A DNA stretch of 64,000 nt from Octopus sinensis (lineage: Eukaryota): positions 5,828,001-5,892,000 of the forward strand of contig NC_043004.1 in NCBI RefSeq assembly GCF_006345805.1. The letters are read 5' to 3'. Each line of letters starts with the position of its first letter. The stretch's first letter is position 1. Positions 1 to 14,301 of this stretch are shown piece after piece. The position numbers and the translations under genes are program-made. The notes beneath the pieces were generated by a model, which saw only the letters and a program-made list of their open reading frames with translations, was not told the origin of the DNA and searched no databases.

Positions 1-737
1 TTCCTTTGTCTGTTTTGGCATGGTTTCTATGGCTGGATGCCCTTCCTAACGCCAACCACTTTACAGAGTGTACTGGGTGCTTTTTCAAGTGGAACCGGCA
101 CCAGTACTTTACACATCACACCAGCACAGGTGGTTTTTAATGTGGCACCAGCATGGATGCTTTATATGTAGCACCAGCACAGCTACTTTTTACGTAGCAT
201 CAACCTGGGAGTGTTGTATGTGGTAATTTTTTTGGCAAGAGAAAAATGAACATGGTACATCTAATTAGACCAGTTACAAAAACAAATCATTCTGTCTCAA
301 TATTCAAACAACAAAAAATGCTACTCCACATCATCAAAAGTAAAATACCCTTCCCCCTGCAGCATACAGATTGCAATTTGTATGCTGCAGGGAGAAGGGT
401 ATTTGGATTTTATATACTTATATTAATGGCTGTATGATTGAGAAGCTTGCCTTACAGCCATGTGCTTTTAGGTTCAATCCCACTGCACAGCCTGTCTTTG
501 TGTCTGTGTTTGTCCCACCACTACTGTTTGATGCCTGGTGTTGGTTTGTTTATGTCTCCATAACTTAGCAGCTTGGCAAAAGAGACTAATAGAATAAATA
601 TCAGACTTAAAAAGAGGTACTGGGATTGATTTGTTTGACTAGAACCCTTCAAGTTGGTGCCCCAGCATGACCACAGTCCAATGAAACAAGTAAAAGATAA
701 AAGATATATCTTCAATACAAACCAAAATTATTTTTTT

Positions 738-2260
738 TACTTGTTTCAGTCATTTCACTGTGGCCATGCTGGAGCACCGACTTTAATCGAGCAAATCAAC
801 CCCAAGACTTATTCTTTGTAAGCCTAGTACTTATTCTATCAGTCTCTTTTGCCAAACCACTACAGGGATGTAAACACATCAGCATCGGTTGTCAAGTGAT
901 GTTGGGAGGACAAACACAAACACACACACATATATATGATGGGCTTCTTTCAGTTTCCGTCTACCAAATCCACTCACAAGGCTTTGGTTGGCCCAAGGCT
1001 ATAGTAGAAGACACTTGCCCAAGGTGCCACGCAGTGGGACAAAACCCAGAACCATGTGGTTGGTAAGCAAGCTACTCACCACACAGCCACTCCTGCACCT
1101 ACAGATTACTTGAAATAAATTAAGTATTCTGTTTCAACTTCAAAAACTCCTTCTACAGATCAGCTTCCTTTCAGTAAATTATTCAATGCATTTGAAGGTT
1201 CAGAAAGAGTAAAAAATTTATCTGTTGGATTTTTGAATAATTTTTTTTTTAAATTGCACGAAGCACAAACTGAAAATAAATGATAAAATTTAAAACTAAT
1301 TTTCAGTATAAAGCTAGTTTTAAAAATATTTAACTAAAAGCAAAATTAGAAAATTAATTTAAAATGAAGGTTCATTCACACAAAAACTAACAAAATAAAA
1401 GGCTTCTATATTCGTTTACTTGTTTCAGTCATTAGACTGTGGCCATGCTGGGGCACAACCTTGGAGAATTTTTAGACAAATGAATTGACCCCAGTACTTT
1501 TTCTTTTAAAGCCTGGTACTATTCTATCAATTTCTTTTGCTGAACTCCTAATTATGGGGACATAATCACACCAACACTGGTTGCCAAGTTGTGGTGAGGG
1601 ACAAACAAAAAGACATGCATGCACACACACACAGACGAAGGGCTTCTTTCAGTTTCTTTCTACCAAATCCACTCACAAGGCTTTGGTCAGCTTGAGGCTC
1701 TAGTACAAGACATTTGCCCAAGGTGCCATGCAGTGGGACTGAACCAAGAACCATGTGGTTGGGAAGCAAACTTCTTACCACCCAGCCATCTTTCGAATAA
1801 CGTATAAAACCTAATAACTTTTCTTTTCACAACAGTTTAGTTTCTGTGGAACCAGGCAAATTCGGAGAGAAGAAAATGCAATATCTTTTATCTTTTATTC
1901 GTTTCACTCACTGGAATATGGCCAAGCTGGATTCAGTCAAACAAATCAATCCTAGTACTTATTTTTTTAAAGTTTGGTATTTATTCTATTGGTCTCTTTT
2001 GCTCAAACCTCTAAGTTATGGGGGATGGAGACAAATCAACATTGGTTATCAAGTGAAGGAGGAGGGGACAAACACAAAGATACACACACACACACACACA
2101 AGTTTCCATACAGTTTCCGTCTACCAAATTTACTTGTAAAAACACTTGTAACCCCAGCTCTATAGTAGAAGACACTTGCCTAACGTGCCACACTAGGATT
2201 GAACTCAAAACTATGTGGTAGCAAAATGAGTCTCTTACTTAACCTCACAACCATACCTGT
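738..2260 (-). mobile_element. Three copies of the composite SINE (about 738-1100, 1415-1790, 1897-2260)
   Basis: Reverse complements of 6446-6870 with increasing CpG decay. Confidence 0.8.
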
Positions 2261-3269
2261 TTGTTGTAATGTTATTTTAGTCTTTCTTTGCCTCCCAGTG
2301 CATGAAAAGGGAAACACACAGCAGACCTGATCAGAATGTTTACAAATGAGTAAAAACAAGCACAGGTATCCTGAGGGCTTTCAATGGAATCTACCTAGTG
2401 GTTTTAAACAGGCAACAGATTAACTCCTTCATATTCATATTACTCTGCCAAATGCAATGCTTACAAAACAGGTAGAACATTTGGGCTGGACATGGCTGGT
2501 TCAAATACTAAAGGGTTAAAAGCTACCACTCAAAAGCAGGTACAAGCTATCTCACAGGTTGTAATACAGCTTCCCTCTACTCTATTTCACTCACATAGCT
2601 TTAAATTGAAATGGATTGTTCCAGGTGCTATGTAATTTCAATAGCATGGTTCTCAAAATTAATACTCTTTATAAATTAAGACCAAAATATCAATAAAACA
2701 AAATGTATTCACATAGTATCAGAGAACAAGTTAATATGTGCCTAAACAATGAATGAATCAGAGGAATCTGACAGCAGTAGTTGTATGGTAGTGAGCTACC
2801 ATTTGCATTGCAACTTCCTGCTTTGCCATCATGTTTCTGAGGAGTCTAATATTACAGCAAATTACAATACATGAATTAAAAAAAAAATTCATTAAAATTA
2901 CAATTCTACATTCTTTAATCATCCTGATATCTGACAGTTACAGACTATTCTTCACTAATGAATCCTAACAAAACTAAAGCATGTTTGGAGTTCAGTTCTC
3001 ACTATAGGCACCTTCAATGTTAATATGAGGTCAGACATGCAGGTATATGCAGTCTCAGGAGCCCATACTAGAAGTCATAAAAATTCAATAGCCACAACAC
3101 TGGCACACACAGGGACAAAGGTCAAGCCACAACTCTAATAATCAAAGCTTGTAATACGTTTGCAAAGGATCTTAGTACTTTCACTCAGCTTGGACTACAA
3201 ATCACAATAAAACATCAGTCTTATGATAGCTAAGTTCTTGGATATCTCCCTCAATTGAGACACAAATAC

Positions 3270-3506
3270 AGGCGGCGAGGTGGCAGAATCGTTAGCAGTC
3301 AGGGCGAAATGCTTAGCGGTATTTCGTCTGCCGCTACGTTCTGAGTTCAAATTCCGCCAAGGTCAGCTTTGCCTTTAATTCTTTCGGGGTCGATAAATTA
3401 AGTACCAGTTATGCATTGGGGTTGATGTAATTGACTTAATCCCTTTGTCTGTCCTTGTTTGTCCCCTCTTTGTTTAGCCCCTTGTGGGCAATAAAGAAAT
3501 AAGAAA
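3270..3506 (+). mobile_element. Meta/MESC-type tRNA-derived SINE
   Basis: ggcggcgaggtggcagaatcgttag...gagttcaaattccgcc...gcctttaattctttcggggtcgataaattaagtacc. Copies lie at about 30490-30710 (+), 50740-50960 (+), 57190-57330 (-), 59450-59670 (+), 61545-61780 (-) and 63480-63650 (-). Confidence 0.8.
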
Positions 3507-4149
3507 CAGAACTAAGCTTGTCTTATATGTATATAGATGGGGGGGGGGGTAAGTGTATATGAACCCTTACCTTGACATTACATATTAGCAATAAACATGT
3601 ATCACCACCATACAAGCAATATTGTTCATTTTCACTCTTTCATGAAACCATATCTGGCCATGGGGAAATGTTACCTTGCTTGTTAACAACTATGAAGGCT
3701 GGTAACAGAAAAGGCATCCCAGCCATAATAAATCTACTTCAACAAATTCTGTCTAACTCATGAAAACATGGAATAGTGGATCTTAGATGATGATGATTAT
3801 GTTTATTAAAAGAAACAGTAACATTTCATCTTATGATTTTAATTTAATCAATGCTTATTTCTCTCTCATCCTGTTCCTACTTTCTAACCCCATTAACATT
3901 TTTCTTAAAGACAAACTTGATTCGTTTCATTTGCAATTATTGTTTTGAATTCATTCATAATTTGTCAATGAATGTGTGTGTGTAAAATGTCTTTGTATAT
4001 GTATGCATACTCATTATTCCCAACTTTCCTCTATAGTAATTGCTAAGTATCCAAATCTATCTTCAGTTAAATCCTGTTCGTGACCAGGTGGTCATCATGT
4101 CATATGCACTTGAGTCCACTTGGTTTAGCAATTAATGGTAAAATGAAAT

Positions 4150-4620
4150 TCATTACTTGAAAATATCTGGACATGTAAGTGCCCCAATACTGGACTCTAG
4201 AGATGCTAGAGCAGAGGCAAGTAGAAATATGTGCTTTATGCAAGAAGTTAAATGGAAAGGACTCTTCTCAACCACACTCCTCACAAGCAAGGAACAAATC
4301 CTTGTGCATGAGCAGTAGCAATACTGTGGATGAAGAAGGCATAGTATTGGTAAAGAAATAGATAGATGAAGTAATCAAGGTAGCCTGAGAGAGAGAATTC
4401 CATTCAGGGCAATGTAAAGTATGGATGTAAAATAATTACAGTGAAATCAGTACTGTTTGTGTAGCAGATGCACAGGACCAATAAAAGCAGGAAATAGATT
4501 CTCTCAAATGTCTGAATGGCTCCCTAAAAGCAGTAGGTAGCTTGTTACCAAAATGTCCTAATTAGTTGTGGAGTTGAGTACTCCAAAAGAATAGCAGCCA
4601 GAGTGAGAACAGGTTAATGT
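4150..4620 (+). mobile_element. Decayed RTE LINE fragments (endonuclease start and RT)
   Basis: Residual similarity to 32221-32420 (gtagcagatgcacagga...gagtactccaaaagaatagcagccagagtgagaacagg) and to the TLEMLEQRQVEICAL endonuclease-like segment. Confidence 0.5.
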
Positions 4621-5783
4621 CCATTTTCCATACTGGCATGAGTTGGATGGTTTCATAGGAGCTGGCAAGGCTGGGAGCTGCACCAGGTCCCATCGTCTGT
4701 TTTGGCATGGTTTTTACAGCTGGATACTCTTCCTAATGTCAACCAATTTACAGAGTGCACTGGGTGCTTCTCATGTGGCACTAGCACTGGTGCTTTTTAC
4801 ATGGCACCAGAACTGATAGGGTCGACAAGTACATAAGACAAAAACCCCTCAGCTGGAAGAGAGGAGTAGTATTGATGTGGGTGTGGTTTTATGCCAGTTG
4901 AGAGATTAAAGGTATAGAAGGATAGAGATAAATGACTTATTGTAGAGCAGATACATAAATGGATAAGAAAGGAGAGTGAGTTGAGAGCAAGAGAGAGAAA
5001 GATGATGGTAAAAAATAAACTCTCTCAGAAGTGAAAGCAGATTATATAATGCTCAGGTATGAAGAGATATGAGTACCATATGCAGACAAACTGTGAAGAC
5101 TAGACAGAACAGCTGGGGTTGAACAGCCTACTCATGAAATTGAGAGGCAAGTGACTGAGCACTCCACTGGCACATGTAGCATTAATGTAGTTCTCAGGGA
5201 GATTCAGCACAACACAGGATGTGTCGAGGTTGGCCCATTGAATTACAGGTACAATTAATTTTTGTCAGTTGAGTTAAACTGGAGCAACATGAAACAGAGT
5301 GTCTTGTTCCCACTGGGAACTGAACTCACAACCTTACAATTGTGAGCTGAATGCACTAACCACTAAGCCATTTACCTTGAAGGTGGAAACTGTAACAAAG
5401 GTAGATGCAGAGATGAAATGTTGAACGCTTATCTTAAGATGCTGAGTTTCATGGAGGAAATGACAAATGACCATGCTGACTAATGACAAGCAATGATGGA
5501 GAGGAACTGACCACCCATACAGCATAGGGAAATGGATATTAAAAGTAATTGTAGTAAGACTGGGCAACATATATGTGTATACATATGCATGTGTGTGTAC
5601 TCATTTGTTATGTATGTGAATATATTTGTGTCTCTCACCCAATGTCCAAATAAGATTTTGTCATTAAAATTTATGAGCAATAAACTGGTTATACTTCTAT
5701 ATTACACAAAATATTTTAACAATTTTATACACGATTCCTAAGAATAATTAATCATAAATATACAATAAGGTTTTTTTTTTTAA

Positions 5784-6005
5784 CCCTTTCATTACCAACC
5801 CAGCTGAAGTCGGCTCTGTCTCTGTAGTACAAATGTCTTGTTTTCATAAGTTTTGAATTAAAATCTTCCACCAAAACTTAGTCACAATTTATGTTCCTAA
5901 CACTAGCTGAATGATAACTAAGTTATTTTACTAAATTTTGTTGTTATATTTGAAATAATTGAAAGAAATACAGAGCATCTCAACAGAAATATGGTAACAA
6001 ATGGG
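5784..6005. mobile_element. piggyBac-type MITE
   Basis: TTAA|CCCTTTCATTACCA...TGGTAACAAATGGG|TTAA, with imperfect terminal inverted repeats and TTAA flanks at 5780-5783 and 6006-6009. A second deleted copy appears to end aaagggttaa at about 2519. Confidence 0.75.
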
Positions 6006-6445
6006 TTAAACATCAAATGACAGTGAGGATCCACCCAAGTAAATTAGGGACCAAAGGTGTCCACATGCAGAAAATAGTTGAAAATCACTGCTCCAGAAGA
6101 ATCAGGAAGACAAGAAAAATGCTACTAAGTGATGGCAGTGGGGTATGGATGGAAGGGGAATGGGAAGGAAAAACACATAGACAGATATTACTCTATCTCC
6201 AATAAATTATTATTATTGCTTTGGCAACAGTACATTTTGGCACTGAAGGCACACACACACACACATGCAGAGGTATGCACATACATACAAACTAGATGCT
6301 CACAAAGACGGAGAGAGAGAGAGAAAAAATGAGAGGTTCATAAAAATGTCTGATGTCAAAGAAGTCAGCATTGAATTAGCAATACCAAAATGTTTCATCC
6401 CCATATATATATATATAGAGGAGTGTGCATATATATATATATATA

Positions 6446-6598
6446 TAGGCGTGGTAAGTAGCTTGCTTATGAATCACATGGTTCCGGATTCAGTCCCACT
6501 GCATGGCACCTTGGGCAAGTGTCTTCTACTATAGCCTCAGGTCAACCAAAGCCTTGTGAGTGGATTTGGTAGACGGAAACTGAAAGAAGCCCGTCGTA

Positions 6599-6663
<65 letters not shown>

Positions 6664-6870
6664 ATATGTTTGTGTGTCTGTGTTTGTCCCCCCAACATCG
6701 CTTGACAACCGAAGCTGGTGTGTTTACGTCCCCGTAACTTAGTAGTTCGGCATAAGATACTGATAGAATAAGCACTTGGCTTACAAAGAATAAGTCCTGG
6801 GGTCGATTTGCTCGACTAAAGGTGGTGCTCCAGCATGGCCACAGTCAAATGACTGAAACAAGTAAAAAGA
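6446..6870 (+). mobile_element. Composite tRNA-derived SINE (CORE-like head, (TA/TG)n, Meta-like tail)
   Basis: The head ggcgtggtaagtagcttgct...ttcagtcccactgcatggcaccttgggcaagtg resembles the MIR CORE. The tail reads gataagaataagc...ggggtcgatttgctcgactaaagg...tgactgaaacaagtaaaa. Confidence 0.85.
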
Positions 6871-6959
6871 TATATATATATATATATATATATATAAATT
6901 CATTAACATTCAGTTTTCTATGCTTGCTTTTATAGATGTGTGTTGTCTGTATAATTTAG

Positions 6960-7500
6960 CAGAGAGAAGCAGAATGTAGAGGTTTTCCAATGTTTTGTCA
7001 AAAGGATCAAAGACATCCAAATTGCAAAATGCAAAACAGTGAGCCAATATGGAAAAGCATGTACATAATGATAATGAGGCACTCACTCTTACTGATATCA
7101 TGAAGGAAGCATAGAAAATACAACAATGTGATGTGCTAAATGAGAATTTGGGGGGAAAAGTGAAGAACTATCTCAGGTAGACTCAACAAATGGACTAAAT
7201 ATCCCTGCCACCCACATAATCAATCAGGTAATACAAAAAAGGGTAATTTCCAATGACTGTTGCAGTAACTGCTACAAGAGGAAAAGAGACACTCTAGAAA
7301 GAAAGAATTGCAAAGGCATCAGCTATAGAAAGAGTGGAAATTAGTTTAAATAAGATGCAGTTCATATCTGAGATAGGACATAGTGCCATTGATGTTCTTC
7401 CCATGTGGGATGAGAAACAAGTTCATCATAGCAAATAGCAAACATTATCATTCTTTCCAAACACAAAAGCAAAGCTTAGAATTAAAGTCTTAAAATAAAC
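6960..7500 (+). mobile_element. Decayed LINE RT fragment
   Basis: Interrupted KRDTLERKNCKGIS-like motif, corresponding to the KKGD..C.NYRGIS RT motif; many stops. Confidence 0.4.
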
Positions 7501-8010
7501 CCACCAAAGAAAAGTTTCAGTTAGTAGTACACCCTGACACATCTCCACAATCCCCTTTCTCTAGCTGGAATTTACAATGTAATTCCCCTACAGCAAAACA
7601 CCAATCCTGTCCCAGCCACCTCTGTCAATACAACTCCCTCCTCAGTTGAAAGGATCTTGTCTTGTGAATTATTTGGTGACCTCATATAAAAAGTACCAGA
7701 TACACTGTGTAAAGTGGTTGGCGTTAGGAAGGGCATCCAACCATAGAAACCAAGGCAAGACAGAATGGAGCTTGGTTTAGTCCTCTGGCACACCAGCTCC
7801 TGTTGAACTATCTAACCTATGCTGGCATAACAAAATACAAGTACCTTTCTCTCATTCCCTTAAGGAAATCCAAACTTCTTGCATCTGTATATACATATTA
7901 AGATATCTCCATCATTTCTGCCTTATTTCTCTAACATTATTAATAAATTTTCACTGCACACTTCGAGGAACTTTTACTTCTATAAACACATATTTACACA
8001 TCACATGCAC

Positions 8011-8043
<33 letters not shown>

Positions 8044-11000
8044 GTTATGTACATATATATATATATTATATATATATATAGTTATGTACATATAAACACA
8101 CATACATTTACACGCAGACACACACACATATAGGCAAATCAAAAATTAAAAAATTAAAAATCACAAGTAACAAAACAACAAAAAGCCAACAGGATGTACA
8201 CATGGAATGTATTAGCTTGTCACTCAGTAAAGGTGGTAAAAGGTGTAAGCTTTTATAAAGTTTTGAGCATAGCTCTTCATCAGAAAGAGGAGAAAGGAAA
8301 GGTGCAGAGAAGGAAAAGTCTAAGCACGTGTATGATACATTTATATAAATGTACACTTTTATATACACACACACATAAATACATATAAACATATAAATAC
8401 ACACACATATATACATACATGTACAGAGTATACAACCAAGTTTCATATGTCACAGTGCTATGTTCTCAATATCACTAATGTAGATCTAATTCACATATTT
8501 CTATAATAACTGAACAGTCAGTCCATGTTACTAACAATTTCAAACATCACTTCAAGGCAACACTTTAGGTACAAACGAAATAGTTCTTGCTTCCACTTTT
8601 GTTATGTTCATTCTCAGAAGATTGTAAAAATTTTGTCTATTCCTTGCCTTAACCCTAAATTTAGTGAAAGAGTGTATAACTGAGGTTAAACTCCAAAACA
8701 AATTTACCTCCCTTTACATTTAACTTACTGAATAACAAATATAGATATAGAAAAACATTAGCGGTCCAGTTAAAGAATCAATTAAAGTTGAAGTGTAGTT
8801 TGATGATAGAATATCAATTAAAAAAGGCTTGAAAGGATATGTATAAAAGAAAGAAATACTTTTTTCTAAAATAATTGAATGGAAGCCTTGCATTTCCATT
8901 CTCATCACCCAGATATGTATAAATACATTGTCTCAATGAGAATGACCATGGTCACTTTATAAAACAACTTATCAGAATGTTTGCAAATACTGATAGACCC
9001 TGATTTCATATTCAAAGACATATCTAATATCCATGGGCTTTCAAAATTAGTCTTTTTTCAGCAGTACAGAGGCCACATTTTTTGCTACCATTTTCATAAG
9101 CTCAACACTTTTCAAAAATTCTCCAACTGATATCATTTATAGCTTTCTCAATAATCAGATATAATTTCCTTGCTTTGTTACATTCCATTTCTCAGTATTC
9201 CTGAAGGAAGAACTGTAGCTGAGAAATCTTTTGATCAACTACTCTACCATATTAACACATTGCATTAGGGTGATGATACCACAGTTCATATCCCTCACTT
9301 GAGTGATATGCATTCTTCATTCAGAGACATTTATAAATGGAGTGTAACAGAGGTAGCTTGTTACCTTTGATCGTTGAAAGAAGCTGTATATACGTGTGTA
9401 GATACTTACACAACACACACATACACACATTTATATACAAAATAAATACATACGTGAACGCACACATACATATATTTGCATCAAGTCGATAAACGACTCT
9501 TAGTGGCATTCTTGACAATTACCACACGAATCATCTTGAGAAAATAAAAAGGTAGTTTTTCCTTTTTCTCTTTACGATGTAAATCTTTTTTTACATAGCA
9601 CCGTCTATAAGACGGTGCCATACAGACAAGTCTGTGATACATGTTTGGGTATACAAAACGTAAAGAGCCGGCATACATAGTGTGTGTGTGAGAGAGAGAG
9701 AGAGAGGAAGAAAGACCGAGTGTGTATGTGTGTGCGCACGTTTGTATGTTTCTCTGTATAGGCGGTGTTTTGGAATAGCAATTACTGCTTCATATACATG
9801 TATGCATATATAAGATAAACCGGAACGGTTTCAATCCAGATTAATTGTAAACAGATCAGTCAATATAATTTAAGCGCTGAAAGTTTTTAAATCAACGTAA
9901 TCATTATTAAGTAGTCAACTTTTCTAACATTATTATTAACGTTTCATAACAAGCTGCTATTATAACGTGACATGCTTAAAGAGCAGACTACACGCATAAC
10001 ATTTTATTTGATTATACAGACATTCGAGGGTCACATGGAGGGTAGTTACATTTAGTGAAATATACACCTACATATACAAAAAATGCGTTTTTAAATACAC
10101 AATAAATTCAAGGTCATAAGTCGGGAGCCAAAAAAATTCCAGACTAGCTTAGCAAAATAAGAGTGAAAACTTATTTATGATAGACAGGATGTTTGGAAAA
10201 CTAACACAACTTTCACTTTTGTCGGTATGATTGCCCATCCCACTTTCTAGGACAACGAGAGAAAAATCTCCAAAATAGCTAAAATATTTCGTAATAATAA
10301 TATAGCGCTAAGTTTGAAGTGGAGACACCAAATTACAAAATGCTGTGACGTCGCGTGATTATTCTTTCTGCTTGTTATTATTGTTGGCATAACGAAAGAT
10401 GTGTGTTTCTTCATAACTTTCTGAAAAATGGATATTTTTTTCGATGAAATTTTCAAAAAATACATTTCAGATAGTGTAGAATAACGATTATATCGGAATT
10501 TGATGTGAAATAAAAAAAATTAGGGTGGGGTTAGCGGGGGCGGATAATTGACACATTTCATCAAGGCGTTATGAGGAAACAAAGTCGAAGTGTATGAATT
10601 ATCTGATGCCATCCTGCTATTCCGCCACACCTAATCTTAATCTACGCCATCTGAAATGAATATATGTAAAAATGCTTACTAAAAAAATATCCGTTAAGTT
10701 ATGAGGAAAGAAATGGAGGTGTGTTTTAGCCGACACTCCGCTTCACTGTTCTGAAAACATTTTCCACAATAATTTCCGACACAACTCCTCCATTTACACC
10801 ATTTAATATGTATCTCTGGAAATTTTCCTTAAAAACATGTATTTTTCAGTAAGTTATGAGGAAACAAATTCGGAGTATGGGGGCACACATCTGTAGTTAT
10901 AGCAAGTCTTTGGGTGTAAGTAATAAATGTATAAATTATGAGAAATCAATTATAATTCATATATTTTGTTAAGGGAGGAGTGAACTGTTATAATGTTCAA

Positions 11001-12608
11001 ATTAAATCTTTCATTTCCTGTATAAAACGAAGCTAGAGGATATTAGTATTGTTTAGAAGGACCGAAACTATGATCTCTACGTCAAGGGATATCACAAAGA
11101 AACTTTGGACTATAAATTGGTGTTTTAAAGAAACAGACATAGAGAAATGTCGATCTTGTACTAATCCTTTCTTCGAAAAATAACCTTGCAACAGCCAACA
11201 CAAAAATGTATTTACTATTTTACCTACAGAAAGGAAATACGCTCTCTTACAGCAGCGACTGGAATGTATAAAGAAATGTCCATTATATTGGAAAGAATTG
11301 TCAGTTCTTTTATCATTAAACACCTGCTGTGTTAACTAATTACGTATTTCTTTGTGATATTAAATTCAAATTATTAGTGACTAACAAAATAGTAGTAATC
11401 CAATATCTTCTAAATATGCATTAACATAAAATGATATGGGTTCCAGGGCGTTAATATAAAATATAACGATTTTGAATGCTTGGAGCCTTCAACCAAGTTT
11501 GCAAACTAAACTTCACATTCTAAAATAAATTTGTACAACGATGAACACTTAAACTAACTTGTAACAAGATATATTGAAAGAGCGATAGAAAATGATGAGA
11601 ATTACAACGAACTTATTCGATTTATTGGATCTTCTGTAAAAACAAAAATACCAACCACCTGAAGTTAAGTGTACAATTATAGTTAAGTAAAATTAAGGGA
11701 AATAACGTTTTTTGGTTAACTCTAATGAAAATGTGAGCCAAAAGTGTTGAATAATTCACATCTAGGATACAATTTCAGAAACATTAAATCGATATACTAC
11801 TTGTCTGGCACTTTATTTTATCGATCAGTTCTCTTCCTTCGTTGATTTTACACCAGTTCTACAGGAAGTTGACACATGTATGCAAATTTAGATATTTTGC
11901 ATGAATTTTTAGAGTTACTTTGCCATTAAAGGATTTCTCTTCATTTGTCAGAGATAAATATTTCCAAGCAACAACTAATGCAAAAACAAAGTTTTATTGA
12001 ATATTCCAAGTCAAGTTTATCAAAGTTAAGTGAGAAGAGCAAACTTAACTTTTGTTAGTGGTTGGAATAATTGAAACATTACTTGGTAAATTCATATTTT
12101 TCTTCTAGTTTTAGAAATTACAATTTCATAAAGAAGGAATAACTGAGACAGGCTGTTGATTATACATGCACATATAGTTTACGTTACAAATACATAGGGT
12201 TTGCGTTAAATATGTATTGAAGTCCGTAGTGTTTACATACGCAAATCACAACATACACACACAGCTGCATGTTGTGGATAAGACACAAAGGACTAAATGT
12301 GTTCCAGAAAAAATACATATAAGTGGGCAAAAACAAGAGGCGATCAACAAAAAATTATGAAAAAATTAAAATAATTCGGCTGACGATCGGCATAAAGCTC
12401 ATCGATCATAAACATGGTTATCGATCAAAGTAAAACATCATAAACAGTGCCGCCTCCACAGGTGGGAGTTACTTGTCAAAAGAACTAAAACTGTAACCAA
12501 GTGGCAATAATAAATGGGTGTACAAGTTGGAACACATGCATACAGAGAGAGAGAAAGAGAGAGTTTAAGAGTTTGAGATAAAAATTAAAATAATGTTGAA
12601 CTACTTAC

Positions 12609-14301
12609 CTAAAATCTGTGTAGCGCTGATAGCCTGGGCTGTGGGAGTTGTGCTGATCTGGTTAGTGCTGATCCCGGCCGCCGCTGCTACTGTCTGTATC
12701 TGTTGTGGGCTGAGTTGCTGTCCCTGCGACTGGGAGGAAGTTGTGCCTCCACCCCCTAAACTGGCCGCCATGCTGGAAGTAGTTGCCGATGTGGTGGTGG
12801 CTATCGTTATTGGCCCGCCCATGCCTTGGAGAGGCGACGAGGCCGCTATAATCTGTCCTTGCGGAGTGATAGCTTGAAAGTTAGCCAAGTTCTGCACGTT
12901 CTGTAGGGCGGAGAATCCTTGGAGACCTTGCAGACCCTGGATGTTTTGAACTTGTATAGTCTGTATGTTGGTAGGTCGGATGTTTGCAATGTTGAGTGTA
13001 GGAATCCAAGGACTGCCTTGTATAACTTGGTTCTGGCCTGCTGCTGCAGCAGCAATCTGGATATTGGCTGCGCTTTGTAACATTTGAGGAGTAATAATAT
13101 TAGACACCATGCTGCCTTGACTGGCTGCGGAGGTAATAGTTGACGTTCCAGATAAACTGGCTGAATTTTGGGGTATAGCCAGTGAATGGACATTTTGGCT
13201 GCCTGATGTTACCACTGACTGGTTGCAAGGATTATGTGATAACGAAATGATAGTGGGAATAGTCTGTAGCGCTGACTGAGGGAGGTAGCCAGCATTTGAA
13301 GCAGTCGGCGAGGCAGCTGTACTCGAGATGGACGTGGATACAGTTTGGGTCGCGGTTCCACCACTTAGTTGTTGTTGTTGAATGTTGTTGACAGAGGGGC
13401 AGGTAACATCTGTTGCCGTAGTAACGAGAGGTTGCGGTGAGTTACTTTTGAGCTCAGTCTTAACGTTAATTTCAGTTGGTGCTGCTATCTCGAGCACTTG
13501 CTGTGTAAGATTTTGTCCGGAGCTGATTTGATTCGAGTTATTGCCCGTTGCTGAAGAATGAAGTGTGGGAAGAGTGCCCTGACCCATGAGATTAGCAGTT
13601 TGGAGTGTTGGTGTAGAGAAAGCTTGAAGAGGCAGTTGAATTGCTTGATAAGTCGTTTGTCCGTTCCCAGTTGATACGGGTATTTGTATAATGGGCATTT
13701 GTTGGAGTTGAGACAAAGGCAATTGTATTGTCTGCATAAGAGGCTGCCGTATGGCCATGTTCTGCATTCCTGCCAGATTGACCATATTACCGCCCAAATT
13801 GAGCACGTTACCCATGAAACCGACATTGTTGGGGATAATGTTGGCTCCCGAGAGGCCTTGGGTGGTTCGGACAATTTGTCCGGTCGGCGTTAGGACAGCT
13901 TGATTCCCCGCAAGAATCGCTTGACCTCCACTCGCCGTGGAAGCATTTGCAGGTACAAAGATGGCCTCTTGTCCATCCAGTGTAAATGTTTGGAACGGTG
14001 GTATGACATTGTATGTTATGTTTCCACCTGGTCCGGTGGACGCAATCAGTTGCGGAGTCTGCTGGGCTATGATCGGAGCAGTAGTTAATGCCGTAGCTGG
14101 TGCGTTTGGCTTGGTAGAGTCCACGACACCAGGTACTTGAACCCAGTTCTGGCCGGCCACGATCTCGCTTTGATTGGTAACCTGATTCTGACCAATAATT
14201 CGGACCTGAGTTGCACTCACTTGGTTAATTCCGTCTTCTTGTGGAGCCCCGATCTTGCTGCAAGTAGCGGCCAACAGAGCCAAAGGGGATGGCTGGTTAT
14301 C
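12609..14301 (-). CDS. Sp1-4: Sp1-4 class (Sp1/Sp3/Sp4-like) transcription factor, large exon with Sp box and Gln/Ser/Thr-rich transactivation domains
   Basis: The open frame extends to the acceptor ttgtag|GAT (AG at 14303-14302, phase 0) and reads DNQPSPLALLAATCSKIG, the canonical Sp box. It continues with ITYNVIPPFQTFTLDGQ, similar to the vertebrate Sp IQYQVIPQFQTVDGQ motif, and long Q/S/T-rich tracts. It ends at the donor TTAG|GTAAGT (GT at 12608-12607, phase 1). Length 1693 = 564 codons + 1. Confidence 0.95.

Larger units (their letters stand above)
1..12608 (-). other. Long Sp1-4 intron running off the left edge (buttonhead box and zinc-finger exons not seen in window)
   Basis: It starts at the GTAAGT donor after the large exon. 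I found no CxCPxC or C2H2-coding exon in 1-12600 on the minus strand; the region is repeats and AT-rich sequence. Confidence 0.75.

Noticed and set aside
14281-14283. ORF-track start of the 560-aa ORF (TTG read as Met)
   Set aside because: It is the Leu of the Sp box. The exon begins at the splice acceptor at 14301.
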